A stretch of DNA of 64,000 nt from an uncultured Planctomycetota bacterium (GCA_963719315.1 CAVRBU010000004.1:416001-480000), one strand, 5' to 3'. Counted from the first letter of the stretch, positions 1 through 9,876 are shown. Numbers and translations: made by a program. The notes: generated by a model not told the origin, from the sequence alone.

Positions 1-366
1 GTCGCTGTGTTGCAGTTCGCCTACTACTCGGTCATCAGCCCCGAAGGCTGTGCCGGCATCCTGTGGAAGAGCCACGACTTCGCTGGCGACGCCGCACGGG
101 CACTGAAACTAACATCGCAGTATTTGCACGAGCTCGGCTGCGTGGATGACGTGATCGAAGAGCCGCTCGGCGCCGCGCATCGCGATCATCACCAGATGGC
201 GACTCGCCTCAAGATGTATCTACTCAAATCGTTGCGCGAGCTGGTAGAGCTTCCAACCGAAAAACTCCTCGCCGCCCGCTACGACAAATTCCGCCGCATG
301 GGCCAGTTCCTCGAAGGCGAAGCCGCCGGGCCGCCGCCAGCGCCCAAAAACGGCAAACCCCAGTAG
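1..366 (+). CDS. accA: Acetyl-CoA carboxylase carboxyltransferase alpha subunit, 3' part (cut by the window edge)
   Basis: YYSVISPEGCAGILWK, DDVIEEPLGAAHRD and RYDKFRRMG match the AccA C-terminus. Confidence 0.95.
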   Translation, partial: VAVLQFAYYSVISPEGCAGILWKSHDFAGDAARALKLTSQYLHELGCVDDVIEEPLGAAHRDHHQMATRLKMYLLKSLRELVELPTEKLLAARYDKFRRMGQFLEGEAAGPPPAPKNGKPQ

Positions 367-387
367 GTCGGCCTAGCCGAGGCCGAC
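363..387 (+). repeat. GTAG-type REP-like hairpin overlapping the accA stop codon
   Basis: GTAG followed by GTCGGCCT-AGCCG-AGGCCGAC; the TAG of GTAG is the accA stop. Confidence 0.65.
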
Positions 388-408
388 AATTTAAGTCGCC
401 GAATTGTT

Positions 409-467
409 CAGAAGAAAACAGAGGAAACAGAGTCGGAATGTTTCTCTGTTAACTCTGTTTCCTCCTG
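409..467. repeat. Imperfect inverted repeat built from AACAGAG subunits
   Basis: Arm 409-432 CAGAAGAAAACAGAGGAAACAGAG vs reverse complement of 444-467 CAGGAGGAAACAGAGTTAACAGAG. Confidence 0.7.
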
Positions 468-493
468 TTCATAATTCATTGTCTCTTCTTTGT

Positions 494-1105
494 ATGGAAC
501 TAATCGAAATCAGATTGCCGCCCGCCGTCGCTCGCCCACGGTTCCGCTTTGGCTTGAAAGCCCTTTTCCTGTTTACAACGCTGCTCTGCGTGTGGCTGGG
601 CTACAAGTACGAGCGGGTGCGCCGCGCCAACGAGCTCATCGCCCGCCATCAGGCAGTCCTAGAAGTGATCGTTAGACGAATCGCGACACCGCCCGAAGGC
701 ACGTTCTATGTGTTCGGCCGTGAGAGCGCAGACCAGCTCCTATACAAACTGAGTTTTCCTGGCGAACATTTTCGCCGCCAAACGATCTTGGACGTCGGCC
801 ACTCGGCCTCATCCATGACTCAAGACGAGATCATTGATGTTTCGAAGCTCCTTGCGACCAAAAAGCCGAATGATGTCGTCGTCCAGTTGGCACATTATTA
901 CGGTGCCGATTTGGCTTCGGTGGGATTGCAACTAACGACTTCCGGTTACAGGGGCAACCACGGCGACTTGAGCGTATCTCGCGACGTGTGGAATTCCCCT
1001 AACAACGACCTTGTCGTGGTCATCGATGCCGAGATCGATCCGAAATCCCAGCGTGCTTTTGTTTCCGTAATGCTAATAGACGGCCAACAACTTCATTTAT
1101 GGTGA
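494..1105 (+). CDS. Hypothetical membrane-anchored protein
   Basis: ORF with N-terminal RFRFGLKALFLFTTLLCVWLG motif of the kind common in planctomycete proteins; start chosen at ATG 494. Confidence 0.7.
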   Translation: MELIEIRLPPAVARPRFRFGLKALFLFTTLLCVWLGYKYERVRRANELIARHQAVLEVIVRRIATPPEGTFYVFGRESADQLLYKLSFPGEHFRRQTILDVGHSASSMTQDEIIDVSKLLATKKPNDVVVQLAHYYGADLASVGLQLTTSGYRGNHGDLSVSRDVWNSPNNDLVVVIDAEIDPKSQRAFVSVMLIDGQQLHLW

Positions 1106-1212
1106 CCCCCTCTTTTTTGGCGCCGATTCGTTTCAGCGCCGAAAAACCGATCGCACAGAATCGCTCCAGACGAGCGCCGACCGATGAACTCGACCAGAGC
1201 TAAGCGAACGCT

Positions 1213-1238
1213 CATAAAGCCGCGATCGCTGGTCGCGG
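1213..1238 (+). repeat. REP-like hairpin, left member of an inverted pair with 2344-2369
   Basis: CATAAAGCCGCGATCGCTGGTCGCGG, 25/26 identical to the reverse complement of 2344-2369. Confidence 0.8.
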
Positions 1239-1408
1239 CTTCGGCGGGCAGGGCGGCCATAGCGCAAATCTCGGCCCCAATGCCCAACGTCCGATAATCG
1301 CTCTTATGTTCGTTTCGGGGGCGGTTTTCCCCGGGGTTTACCGCAACTCGCCACAACGCGGCGTGACTCGCATTCGCCTGCCTCGCCGTGGTGCATTACA
1401 ATTCATGT

Positions 1409-1732
1409 ATGGAACCGACACTAACTCAGCACATTGAAGTTCGTCCCGACAAGTGCGGCGGCAAGCCTTGCATCGCCGGCACGCGGATCCGGGTTTGGGA
1501 TATCTACGTGCTTAGCGAACGCTTGGGCAAGACACCGGACGAAATCCGGGCCGATTACGCCGAATTGTCGCTGGCCGATATCCACGCCGCCCTGGCCTAC
1601 TATTTCGACCATCAGGCGGAGATCGACGCCCAAATGAAGGCCGCCGACGATTTCGTGGATCAACTTAAAGCTGTGACCGGCCCCGGTCCTCTGACCGAAA
1701 TGCTTTTGCGGCGTGATTCGATCTCATCTTGA
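1409..1732 (+). CDS. DUF433 antitoxin-like protein
   Basis: IEVRPDKCGGKPCIAGTRIRVWDI...LSLADIHAALAYY signature. Confidence 0.9.
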   Translation: MEPTLTQHIEVRPDKCGGKPCIAGTRIRVWDIYVLSERLGKTPDEIRADYAELSLADIHAALAYYFDHQAEIDAQMKAADDFVDQLKAVTGPGPLTEMLLRRDSISS

Positions 1733-2039
1733 TCAGCACGTCTCGAACTCAATCGCCCGCGGGCTACGCGTGCGCGGCGTCGATGTCACCACAACATCCG
1801 AAGCCGGCCTTCAAGATGCTCCTGACGAGGAGCAACTCGCCTACTTGTTGCAAACCGAGCGGGTAATCTTTACGCACGATGATGACTTCTTACGAATTCA
1901 TCGCTCCGGCGTGGAGCATCCGGGAATTGTGTTCTCCAAGCAAGGAGCCCGAAGCATTGGCGAGGTCATTCGCTTCCTAAAGCTCATGAATGACTGCCTT
2001 GAAGCCCAGGACATGCGGCGCAGAGTCGAGTATTTCTAA
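1713..2039 (+). CDS. DUF5615/VapC45-like PIN-domain toxin
   Basis: LDQHV...GVDVTT...DEEQL...RVIFTHDDDF...HPGI; overlaps the DUF433 gene. Confidence 0.85.
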   Translation: MIRSHLDQHVSNSIARGLRVRGVDVTTTSEAGLQDAPDEEQLAYLLQTERVIFTHDDDFLRIHRSGVEHPGIVFSKQGARSIGEVIRFLKLMNDCLEAQDMRRRVEYF

Positions 2040-2042
2040 GCG

Positions 2043-2312
2043 ATGGCCTACGACGACTCTTACGACGACGAAGATTGGTACGACGACGATGACGAGCCGG
2101 GCGAGGAAGCGGCCGCCGACTGCCCCGAGTGCGGCGAGCCATTCTACGCGGTCAGCGACAAGTGCCCTGCTTGCGGGTATTGGCTTTCGGACGCAGATCG
2201 ACGAGCCATGTGGTCCGGCGAGGACAAACCGGCGTGGATCAGAGTGACCGCGTCGATAGTGCTGATTGCAATCGTTGTTGGGCTGTTGGTGGCTGGCGTG
2301 GCGTTTTTCTGA
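2043..2312 (+). CDS. Small zinc-ribbon protein with acidic N-terminus and C-terminal TM helix
   Basis: CPECG...CPACG plus hydrophobic C-terminus. Confidence 0.8.
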   Translation: MAYDDSYDDEDWYDDDDEPGEEAAADCPECGEPFYAVSDKCPACGYWLSDADRRAMWSGEDKPAWIRVTASIVLIAIVVGLLVAGVAFF

Positions 2313-2343
2313 ATGGGTGTCCGGGCACGCGCAGTGCAGCGTT

Positions 2344-2369
2344 CCGCGACCAGCGGTCGCGGCTTTATG
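2344..2369 (-). repeat. REP-like hairpin, right member of the pair with 1213-1238
   Basis: CCGCGACCAGCGGTCGCGGCTTTATG on the + strand. Confidence 0.8.
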
Positions 2370-2372
2370 TCG

Positions 2373-3167
2373 TTAATAGTCGCGGCTGGCGGGGACTTCG
2401 GCCGAGTAGGGGCCGGGGAATGGCTGGGGCTCGCGTTGGGGCGCGTATGGGTCGCGCGTGTCGGCCGTTCGAGGTTGCGTTTCCGGCGCAGTCGGCCAGG
2501 CCGGCTGTGTCTGAGTCGATGTCGGCCACGCCGGTTGCTGGGGTAACGGCGCTTGTGTTTGTGGCCAGGGGATTTGGGGCATGCCGACCGGCAAGTTTGA
2601 CTTTACTTCGTTCTGCCACAACTGCTGCAGGTCCTGGGCATGCGGTTGGAAGTTCGGATTCAATCGTTCCTCAATTTTGTTGAGGTACGGATCGAGCACC
2701 TGATGCAACTCCGGCGGAAAGACGGAATGGGCTTTGTCGAGTAGGGCGACGATGTAATGGCCCGATTGCGACGATGCGATCACCTGGCCTTGCGGCTGCG
2801 GCGACAACGTGACGGCAAAGAAAGTGATCGCAATGCACAACAGAACTCCCTTGGCAAATCCGAACATGGCGCCGAGCTGTTTGTCGAACGATTCGAGCCG
2901 CACCTTGTCGATCGCGCCGGAGACAAATCGGAACAGCATCCAAATGACGAATGAGGTGCCGACGTAAATCGCCAACATGGCGGCGAACCGATTGAGCGGC
3001 GCTTGTTGTCCGAACATCGGGGCGAGCTGCGCGCTGAATCGTAGCGAGACGAAGTAACTGGCCACGAACGACGTGAGCGACGCGATCTGCCAGGCCATGC
3101 CTTTCCAGAAACCGAAGATCGTGGCGCCGACCAGAACCAACAGCATCAACGCGTCGTAGGTTTGCAT
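2373..3167 (-). CDS. cvpA: CvpA family membrane protein with Pro/Gln-rich tail
   Basis: MQTYDALML...GFWKGMAWQI...FDKQLGAMFGFAKG. Confidence 0.85.
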   Translation of the reverse strand: MQTYDALMLLVLVGATIFGFWKGMAWQIASLTSFVASYFVSLRFSAQLAPMFGQQAPLNRFAAMLAIYVGTSFVIWMLFRFVSGAIDKVRLESFDKQLGAMFGFAKGVLLCIAITFFAVTLSPQPQGQVIASSQSGHYIVALLDKAHSVFPPELHQVLDPYLNKIEERLNPNFQPHAQDLQQLWQNEVKSNLPVGMPQIPWPQTQAPLPQQPAWPTSTQTQPAWPTAPETQPRTADTRDPYAPQREPQPFPGPYSAEVPASRDY

Positions 3168-3205
3168 TTTCTTGCCTGCACACGGTGAATGGCGTTGCCC
3201 AATAA

Positions 3206-3290
3206 GTAAGTCCCGCTTGCCGAGCGGGACCTGAGCCGGTTTTGCCACCTTGCGAATTCGCTAAGGTCCCTTCCGGCAGAAGGGACCTAC
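3206..3290. repeat. REP doublet family A (two variant REPs, inverted)
   Basis: GTAAGTCCCGCTTGCCGAGCGGGACCT ... AGGTCCCTTCCGGCAGAAGGGACCTAC; recurs at 7190 and 15133. Confidence 0.85.
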
Positions 3291-3526
3291 CACAACTTTG
3301 CGAGCGAAGCCGGGCGTGAATATAACGTCGTGCCAGCATTCGGCGAAGGTCATTCGGTACGGCCGATGGACGCTAGCATTCTGCGCAGTGCGCCAGCAAG
3401 GTAATTTGCTGGCGCAACACGACCGAGTGCCTGCGCGTAATTCGAAGTAGCCGTAGTGCTTTGCTCGCCGGGATTTGCTATAGCATCTGCCGCGCCGCGT
3501 GTTGCGCACGAGTGGAAGGAGCGTTC

Positions 3527-4513
3527 ATGGCCGGCTTTCGCATGCATGTTGGTACGAGCACCGTGCTCGGCTGCGGCTACGCCGGTGCGCTGGCCCTTGG
3601 GTACGGAGTGCCCGCGAACACGGCGATCGTGTGTGGCGCGATGTGCGGTTTCGGCGGCATGCTGCCCGACCTCGACAGCGATTACGGCGTGCCGCTCCGT
3701 GAGACAATGGCGTTCACGGCCGCCACGATTCCGATGTTCATGGTCAACCGCTTTCAAACGCTCGGGCTTGGCACCGATGCCATGGCGCTGGCGGCCGTGG
3801 GCATGTATCTGTTCGTGCGATTTGGCATCACGAACATGATTCGCAAATACACAGTCCATCGCGGAATGTTCCACAGCATTCCGGCGATGTTCATCTTTGG
3901 CGGGATCGCATTTCTGGTGTGCGGCGGATCACCGTTCGAATTTCGCTGCCTGAAGGCCGGCGGCCTGATGGGCGGTTTCTTGTCGCATTTGGTCCTCGAC
4001 GAGATTTACGCGGTTGAATTCAAGGGCGGTCGGTGGCGCATGAAAAAGTCGTTCGGTACCGCGATGAAACTCTGGGGCGACAGTCGGGGGTCCAACTTCG
4101 CGGCGTATTCGAAGTTAGCCATCGTCGGCATGGGAATTCTAGGCGAGCCTTCAGTGATGCAACGCATTGCCGCCACCAATCCGCAGCTTGCCGGCCAAAT
4201 CAATGACCTTCGCAATCAATTGGGAACGATTAAGCCAAATTCATTGCCGCAAAACGGATCGGACGTAGCTCGGGCCGCCGTCAAGATCTTTAGCAATGCG
4301 GTGTCGGGTCAAAACCCGAACGCCGCCCCGAGTACCGGCGGCGCCGGATGGCCGCAATATGCGGGGACGCCGCCGCCATTCAATAATGGGCCCGCCCCGG
4401 TGAACAATCAGCCGAACCAATGGCAATGGCCCGCCGCCAACCAGGGACAGCAGCCGAACTACGGCAACTCTTTCGACACCGCCCAGCGGCCGAACGTTCC
4501 CTACCCGCAATAG
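3527..4513 (+). CDS. Metal-dependent membrane hydrolase (YdjM-like)
   Basis: H...GGMLPDLDS...HRGMFHS...SHLVLD motifs; GAAGGA RBS upstream. Confidence 0.85.
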   Translation: MAGFRMHVGTSTVLGCGYAGALALGYGVPANTAIVCGAMCGFGGMLPDLDSDYGVPLRETMAFTAATIPMFMVNRFQTLGLGTDAMALAAVGMYLFVRFGITNMIRKYTVHRGMFHSIPAMFIFGGIAFLVCGGSPFEFRCLKAGGLMGGFLSHLVLDEIYAVEFKGGRWRMKKSFGTAMKLWGDSRGSNFAAYSKLAIVGMGILGEPSVMQRIAATNPQLAGQINDLRNQLGTIKPNSLPQNGSDVARAAVKIFSNAVSGQNPNAAPSTGGAGWPQYAGTPPPFNNGPAPVNNQPNQWQWPAANQGQQPNYGNSFDTAQRPNVPYPQ

Positions 4514-4537
4514 CGCCATCACAATTCCGAGCTATTT

Positions 4538-4681
4538 GCGGCCGCGGCCACGCGGTTGCGACTATCGCACGCAACATTGAGCCAACAACCGTTAAACGCC
4601 TGCTGCCGGCCGCAACCGGGCGTTTGTTCCTTTCTCGATCGGCAACGCGTCTTCCAACCGCAGCCGCGTGGCCGCGGCCGC
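4538..4681. repeat. MITE/REPIN-like element with 23-bp terminal inverted repeats
   Basis: GCGGCCGCGGCCACGCGGTTGCG (4538-4560) is 22/23 identical to the reverse complement of 4659-4681; lies between convergent genes. Confidence 0.7.
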
Positions 4682-4693
4682 TAACGCGAAGTG

Positions 4694-5140
4694 TCAGATG
4701 TCCGCCGTGTCGATCCAGAGCGTCACGGGCCCATCGTTTACGAGCGCGACCAGCATGTGCTCGCGAAACTTCCCGGTGGCGACTTCTACACCCGCTTCTC
4801 GTACGTTGGCGACGAACCCCTCGTACAATCGCTCTGCGAGTTCAGGCGGCGCGGCATCGGTGAAGCTCGGCCGCCGGCCTCGGCGGGCGTCGCCGTAGAG
4901 CGTGAATTGGCTCACCACTAACATCGCCCCGCCCGCTTCCATGAGCGAGCGGTTCATTTTGCCGGCGTCATCTTCGAAGATCCGCAGACCGACGATCTTC
5001 TCTGCCAGCCAATTCGCTTCCGATTGGCTGTCGTGGTGCCCAACGCCGAGGAGCACGACCAGGCCGCGGCCGATTCGTCCGGTGGCGGCGCCATCGACGG
5101 TCACCTGTGCCTCGCTCACTCGTTGAATACACGCCCTCAA
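4694..5140 (-). CDS. dtd: D-aminoacyl-tRNA deacylase
   Basis: RACIQRV, VSQFTL, GRRPSF, NDGPVT. Confidence 0.97.
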   Translation of the reverse strand: MRACIQRVSEAQVTVDGAATGRIGRGLVVLLGVGHHDSQSEANWLAEKIVGLRIFEDDAGKMNRSLMEAGGAMLVVSQFTLYGDARRGRRPSFTDAAPPELAERLYEGFVANVREAGVEVATGKFREHMLVALVNDGPVTLWIDTADI

Positions 5141-5257
5141 GAAATAAACCTCCGCGCCCGGCTATTGCCGATTCTCGTGCGATGCTGGATGCTGTTGACA
5201 GAATTGATGGACGCCAAGAATAGGTCCCCGCCCCTGCATCCCGTATCCTATAACCCC

Positions 5258-6258
5258 ATGCCCACGGTCCTGCTCGCCTATTATTCGCGCTGATCCTCGT
5301 CGCGTCGATTGTCGGCGGGATGATTCCGGTGTGGATTCAGCTCACGCACCGCTGGATGCAGTTCTCGGTCAGCTTCGTGGCCGGCGTGATGCTGGGCATC
5401 GGTGTGCTCCACATGCTGCCTCACGCAATTATCGAGGCGGCCAACGCATTGGCAATCGCCGCAGAAACTTCTCCCGGAGGCGCCGCCGCCACGCTTGGTT
5501 CAGTCGTCGCCGAGACCGTGCGATGGATTTCCATATCGCTTTTGGCCGGCATGTTGTCGATGTTCTTTATCGAACGCTTTTTCAGCTACCATCATCACGA
5601 CGTGCCCGATGATGCGGAACCCGAGCCTGGCCATCACGAGCGCGTTCATCACCACGAAGTTCACGTGCATCCGGATCACGATCTGTCGTGGAGCGGAGCC
5701 GCGCTAGGTCTGGCTCTACACAGTGTGCTCAATGGCATCGCTCTTGCCGCCGCGGTGCAACACGGCAGCCACGGTTCGTGGCTGGCCGGGTTTGGCACTT
5801 TCCTTGTGATCTTTCTTCACAAGCCGTTCGATGCCATGACGATTAGCTTGCTGATGGGTCGCGGCGGTTGGAGCCTCCCCTGGCGGAACGCAATCAACGG
5901 CCTGTTTTCGCTATGCATCCCGATCGGCGTCCTGATCTTTTATTTCGGCTTGACGACGGAGACGGCTGGCCCCGGCACTTTTACGCGCCAATGGTACATC
6001 GCGTGCGCGCTGGCGTTCTCGGCCGGTACGTTTCTCTGCATTTCGCTTAGCGACCTGCTGCCCGAATTGCAATTTCATAGCCACGATCGCTTGAAGCTCT
6101 CCGCTGCCTTACTGCTGGGATTGGTCGTGGCTCATTTTGCGGCCCAGATGGAGGCACTTGCGCACACGCCACATACGCCGCCGCCAGCGGTTGGCGAAAC
6201 GGCACGCGGAGCTTGCCTGATACGCTGGCCACCCGCAGGGTTTGCCGGGTTTGCCTGA
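5258..6258 (+). CDS. ZIP family metal transporter, frameshifted near 5285-5290
   Basis: MPTVLLAYYS joins LILVASIVGGMIP in another frame; LHMLPHA, His-rich loop, LHKPFD, SDLLPEL. Confidence 0.85.
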
Positions 6259-6392
6259 CCGTCGCCAGCGTCGTTTCCATCGAGTTCGGCGAGCGCGGCA
6301 TCCGAAAACGAGAGATGAAGCCTCCGTTTCGTTCCCCCATTCGGTCTGTAGCGAGTTTTGCTTCCCGCTGCGCACCGTCGCAAAGGATGCAT

Positions 6393-7190
6393 ATGTCGGG
6401 CACGCATCACCGCACCTGGCAACAATATCACGTAGGGCATTTGAATATCACCGTGCAACTCGACTCAACGGCCGAAGGCCACAGCGTCGAGCGGCATCAG
6501 GAGTTGGCTGGCGTCGCTCGGCAGTTGATTTCCGCGATGGAAGGCGAGCGAATCCCGGTGACCTGGGCCGTGAGCGACCCGGCGCACTCCGCCGCCACGT
6601 CGCTCATCCTGAAATCGGCGGTGGAACATGAACTGGCGATCCTGGGCGACGCCAATTGGGTCGGTCCGACGGCCGGCCGCACCCGGTTTGCTCGTGAATT
6701 AGTCCGCCGCTCAACACAAGCCCGCGCCGCGGGGCTGCATGTTTCGACGCTGGTGCCGAGCGTGTCCTCGATCGAGGGACAAATTGACCTCGTTGTGAAA
6801 CAGCAGTTCACGGCCGTGGCCGGCGTGAAGGCGCCTGCTGTAGCACGGCCGTTCTTGGAACCGCGTGCATTGCACTATGGCGTTTGGGAATTGCCGGTGT
6901 CGGCCACCCTGCCACTCAAGGCGGCCTGGTTCAGCAGCGGCAAGCGAGCGCTGTGGAGGCGTATCAACCGCGCCGCAAGTGACGCCGGCACGTTTCATTT
7001 GCTGATTGATGCGGCCGCAATCGTTACCTCGGGTAACCGCGAGGAGTCGACTATTAAGTGGCTCGCGCACCGCGTGGCAACGCTTCGAGATCGCGGGCTC
7101 ATCCGAGTTGAGACGTTGCGGGCGACTGCTGCACGGCTGTCGGACGTGCCGGCGGTTTCGCCGCAGCGGTCGATCTTGCGAGTCGCTTAG
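6393..7190 (+). CDS. Hypothetical protein, possibly a degenerate polysaccharide-deacetylase-like fold
   Basis: IPVTWAV...HELAILG...FARELVR pattern; AAAGGA RBS. Confidence 0.6.
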   Translation: MSGTHHRTWQQYHVGHLNITVQLDSTAEGHSVERHQELAGVARQLISAMEGERIPVTWAVSDPAHSAATSLILKSAVEHELAILGDANWVGPTAGRTRFARELVRRSTQARAAGLHVSTLVPSVSSIEGQIDLVVKQQFTAVAGVKAPAVARPFLEPRALHYGVWELPVSATLPLKAAWFSSGKRALWRRINRAASDAGTFHLLIDAAAIVTSGNREESTIKWLAHRVATLRDRGLIRVETLRATAARLSDVPAVSPQRSILRVA

Positions 7191-7370
7191 TAGGTCCCGC
7201 TTGCCGAGCGGGATCTGGTGTTATTGCTCCAACCGTGTCCGGCGCAAGTCACCTGTCCCCGCCGAATCGTCTGACGGCAGATCTCAAATGCCCAGACACC
7301 TTCGGTCAATCAAGTGCGGGGTCGGAAGACCCGCGCACAACCGAGGTTCTTTCCGGCAGAAAGGACCTAC
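7190..7370. repeat. REP doublet family A with an unrelated hairpin nested at 7314-7338
   Basis: GTAGGTCCCGCTTGCCGAGCGGGATCT ... GTGCGGGGTCGGAAGACCCGCGCAC ... AGGTTCTTTCCGGCAGAAAGGACCTAC. Confidence 0.85.
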
Positions 7371-7552
7371 TTCGCTTCCCGAAAAGCGTTCCAGCCGAGA
7401 TAGGCGAGGATCGCGCCGCAAAGTGCTAGCCCCAGGTCGGGCATGACGCCGGCCACCCTCCCAAACGGGGTTTTGAGCGCAAGATCGAGGGCGAACAGCA
7501 GCGCCAATAGACCGCCGATCACCATACCGGCGACAGACATCGCTTTTGCCAT
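7367..7552 (-). CDS. Small two-TM membrane protein
   Basis: MAKAMSVAGMVIGGLLALLFALDL...; stop codon supplied by the REP GTAG. Confidence 0.75.
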   Translation of the reverse strand: MAKAMSVAGMVIGGLLALLFALDLALKTPFGRVAGVMPDLGLALCGAILAYLGWNAFREAK

Positions 7553-7694
7553 CGGTCCCGAACCCCGTGTCCCGGCGATTGCGTAAATACCAGCCATAAC
7601 AATATGCCTAGTATAATTACCGGGCCTTCCTTGTCACGGCGTACTTCCCATATCGTGCAAACAACCTATTTTTTGCACACATCGCAGATTTGCG

Positions 7695-8309
7695 TCAACT
7701 TTCGGAAAAGTCTCGGTGATTTAGCTCAATTGCCTTTGAAATGCCAGCATCAGGGCAGTCTTCATCAAGGCCTCGTTCCTGCCGAACCCGCCCAACTTCG
7801 GCCACCAACTGCTCGATAATTTCGTTGTTGGCAACGATATTGTTCCACTCAACAAGATACGTCCAGGCGATGAAAACAATTCCCAAAAACGCCCCGATCA
7901 GGTGCCAATTGGCCCAAGCCCGGGTGTTAGGTCGCATTGTCGCTGGGTCGGCCGCCCCGCCCAGGGCGATGATCACCACGACGGCCAACATCCCGGCCAG
8001 GGCCCAAGGAAATGTCTTCCGCTTAAGTCGATTGCTGGCCGCGACCGGCGGGGGATCGAATTGGTAGGTTTCAACGACCTCTTTGCACCAGCGACTGGTG
8101 CCAATGAAGTACGTGACGACGATGCTCTCGACAAACACCACCGCGATCCCCGCGGCAAGGCCCGTGAGCCGATGCAGCGTCGCCCATTGCAACGTTTCGC
8201 GGCTGGCCTCGGGCTTCGCGTACAAGTCGCCCATCGAAAGGCCCAACATCAGCGCCGCGACGAGCAGCAAGATCGACAGGAACGCCAATGTGAAAAAAAT
8301 GCGAGTCAT
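7695..8309 (-). CDS. Hypothetical membrane protein (about 4 TM)
   Basis: 204-aa hydrophobic ORF containing TYFIGTSRW. Confidence 0.8.
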   Translation of the reverse strand: MTRIFFTLAFLSILLLVAALMLGLSMGDLYAKPEASRETLQWATLHRLTGLAAGIAVVFVESIVVTYFIGTSRWCKEVVETYQFDPPPVAASNRLKRKTFPWALAGMLAVVVIIALGGAADPATMRPNTRAWANWHLIGAFLGIVFIAWTYLVEWNNIVANNEIIEQLVAEVGRVRQERGLDEDCPDAGISKAIELNHRDFSES

Positions 8310-8389
8310 GCGTGCGTGTCGTCGACAGTGGGTGATGCGATGGTCAGTTGATAGAATGATAGGTTCATACTTCGTTCAAAACTAAAGCA

Positions 8390-8455
8390 GGAACACTAAT
8401 CTTCGCTGATCAACGCTAATACAAATTAGTGAACATTCGTGGAGATTAGTGTTCC
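8390..8455. repeat. Imperfect inverted repeat of CRCTAAT subunits
   Basis: GGAACACTAATCTTCGCTGATCAACGCTAAT-ACAA-ATTAGTGAACATTCGTGGAGATTAGTGTTCC. Confidence 0.7.
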
Positions 8456-8523
8456 CATCTTTAACTATTAGCGTATCGGCGATTGCCGCTTCCTGCACCC
8501 CCCTGCCCTGCCCTGTCCTCGAA

Positions 8524-9555
8524 ATGGATGCAACGACTAAACCGATTCTGGCGGTGACCATGGGCGATCCGGCTGGGATCGGGCCGGAAGTGATCGTTCG
8601 CGCGTGGAGCGACCCGCAAGTCCACGAGCAGGTGCGGCCGATCGTCGTTGGTCATCCGGAAGTGATGTTGCGGGCGGCCAAGCTCGTGGGGCACGATATT
8701 GCACTCGTCCGACTGAACTCGCCTGACGAGTGGACGGCGTCCGTCGAGGGACCACAGGTGATGCCGATCGTCAATGTGTGCGGTGATGATGCCGTGGGCG
8801 CGGCTGGCGGAGTTGTCGATGCCCGGGCAGGCGAGGCGGCTTTCCAATGCGTGACGGCCGCCGTTCGCTGGGCGCTGGATAAGAAAATCGACGGTATCGT
8901 CACTGCGCCGCTCAGTAAAGCGGCGCTCCACGCGGCCGGGCATCACTACCCGGGCCACACGGAATTGCTTGCCGAAATGTGTGGCGTCCGTGAGTTCGCA
9001 ATGATGCTGTACTTGCCGCCGGGCGGCATTGTTCGCTCGCCCGCCGGTTTGGGCGTTGCACACGTCACGCTGCATCAATCGCTGCGAAGCGTGTTTGCGG
9101 ATCTAACGCCCGAGGCGATCGTTTCCAAATGCCGGCTGGCGGATGGTGTCATGCAGCGATTGGGCGTTCGCCAACCGCGCGTGGCGGCTTGCGCACTTAA
9201 TCCGCACGCCGGTGAAGATGGACTGTTCGGCGATGAGGAACGCACGATCATCGCGCCGGCTGTCGCCGAAGCCTGTCGTGCCGGGATCGACGTGTCGGGC
9301 CCCTACCCCACCGATACACTGATGATCCGTGCCCGCGACGGCGAGTTCGATGCGGTCGTGGCCATGTACCACGACCAGGGGCACATCGCGCTCAAACTGC
9401 TCGGCATGCACGCGGCAGTGAACATTACGCTCGGCCTGCCAATCGTGCGGACGAGCGTCGCCCACGGCACGGCATTTGATCGCGCCTGGCAAGGCACGGC
9501 CCGCGCTGAAGGCATGGTCGCGGCGATTCTTACTGCGGCGAAGTTGGCGAGATAA
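8524..9555 (+). CDS. pdxA: 4-hydroxythreonine-4-phosphate dehydrogenase
   Basis: TMGDPAGIGPE, GHTE, LNPHAGE, MYHDQG, RTSVAHGTA. Confidence 0.95.
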   Translation: MDATTKPILAVTMGDPAGIGPEVIVRAWSDPQVHEQVRPIVVGHPEVMLRAAKLVGHDIALVRLNSPDEWTASVEGPQVMPIVNVCGDDAVGAAGGVVDARAGEAAFQCVTAAVRWALDKKIDGIVTAPLSKAALHAAGHHYPGHTELLAEMCGVREFAMMLYLPPGGIVRSPAGLGVAHVTLHQSLRSVFADLTPEAIVSKCRLADGVMQRLGVRQPRVAACALNPHAGEDGLFGDEERTIIAPAVAEACRAGIDVSGPYPTDTLMIRARDGEFDAVVAMYHDQGHIALKLLGMHAAVNITLGLPIVRTSVAHGTAFDRAWQGTARAEGMVAAILTAAKLAR

Positions 9556-9651
9556 TCGTGACGAATCGCGTTTTTGCTTCGGTCAGAAACACGAGGTGCT
9601 ACGGAGTTACACCAACGATGGCCTGCGAGTTGAATGTCCAAGTTTGGATGA

Positions 9652-9876
9652 TTGAAGATTGGCGGTAAAATGCTAGCTGATAGGACGCTAATAGAATGGA
9701 TCACATTTTTGTATCCAATCGGGCTACTTGGAGCGTGTATGGGTTATTTCATGGGCTGGCCACGAAAAGCGTATGGAAGATGCCAATTTTCACCGCTTGA
9801 TGTATTTGTTTTCTGCACTATGGCAGCCGCTGTGCTCGCCTTCATACGAAACATCATCAATTCTGTTCCCGCTTAG
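9652..9876 (+). CDS. Small hypothetical membrane protein
   Basis: Two hydrophobic segments and a QFSxLD motif; AT-richer DNA. Confidence 0.45.
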   Translation: MKIGGKMLADRTLIEWITFLYPIGLLGACMGYFMGWPRKAYGRCQFSPLDVFVFCTMAAAVLAFIRNIINSVPA

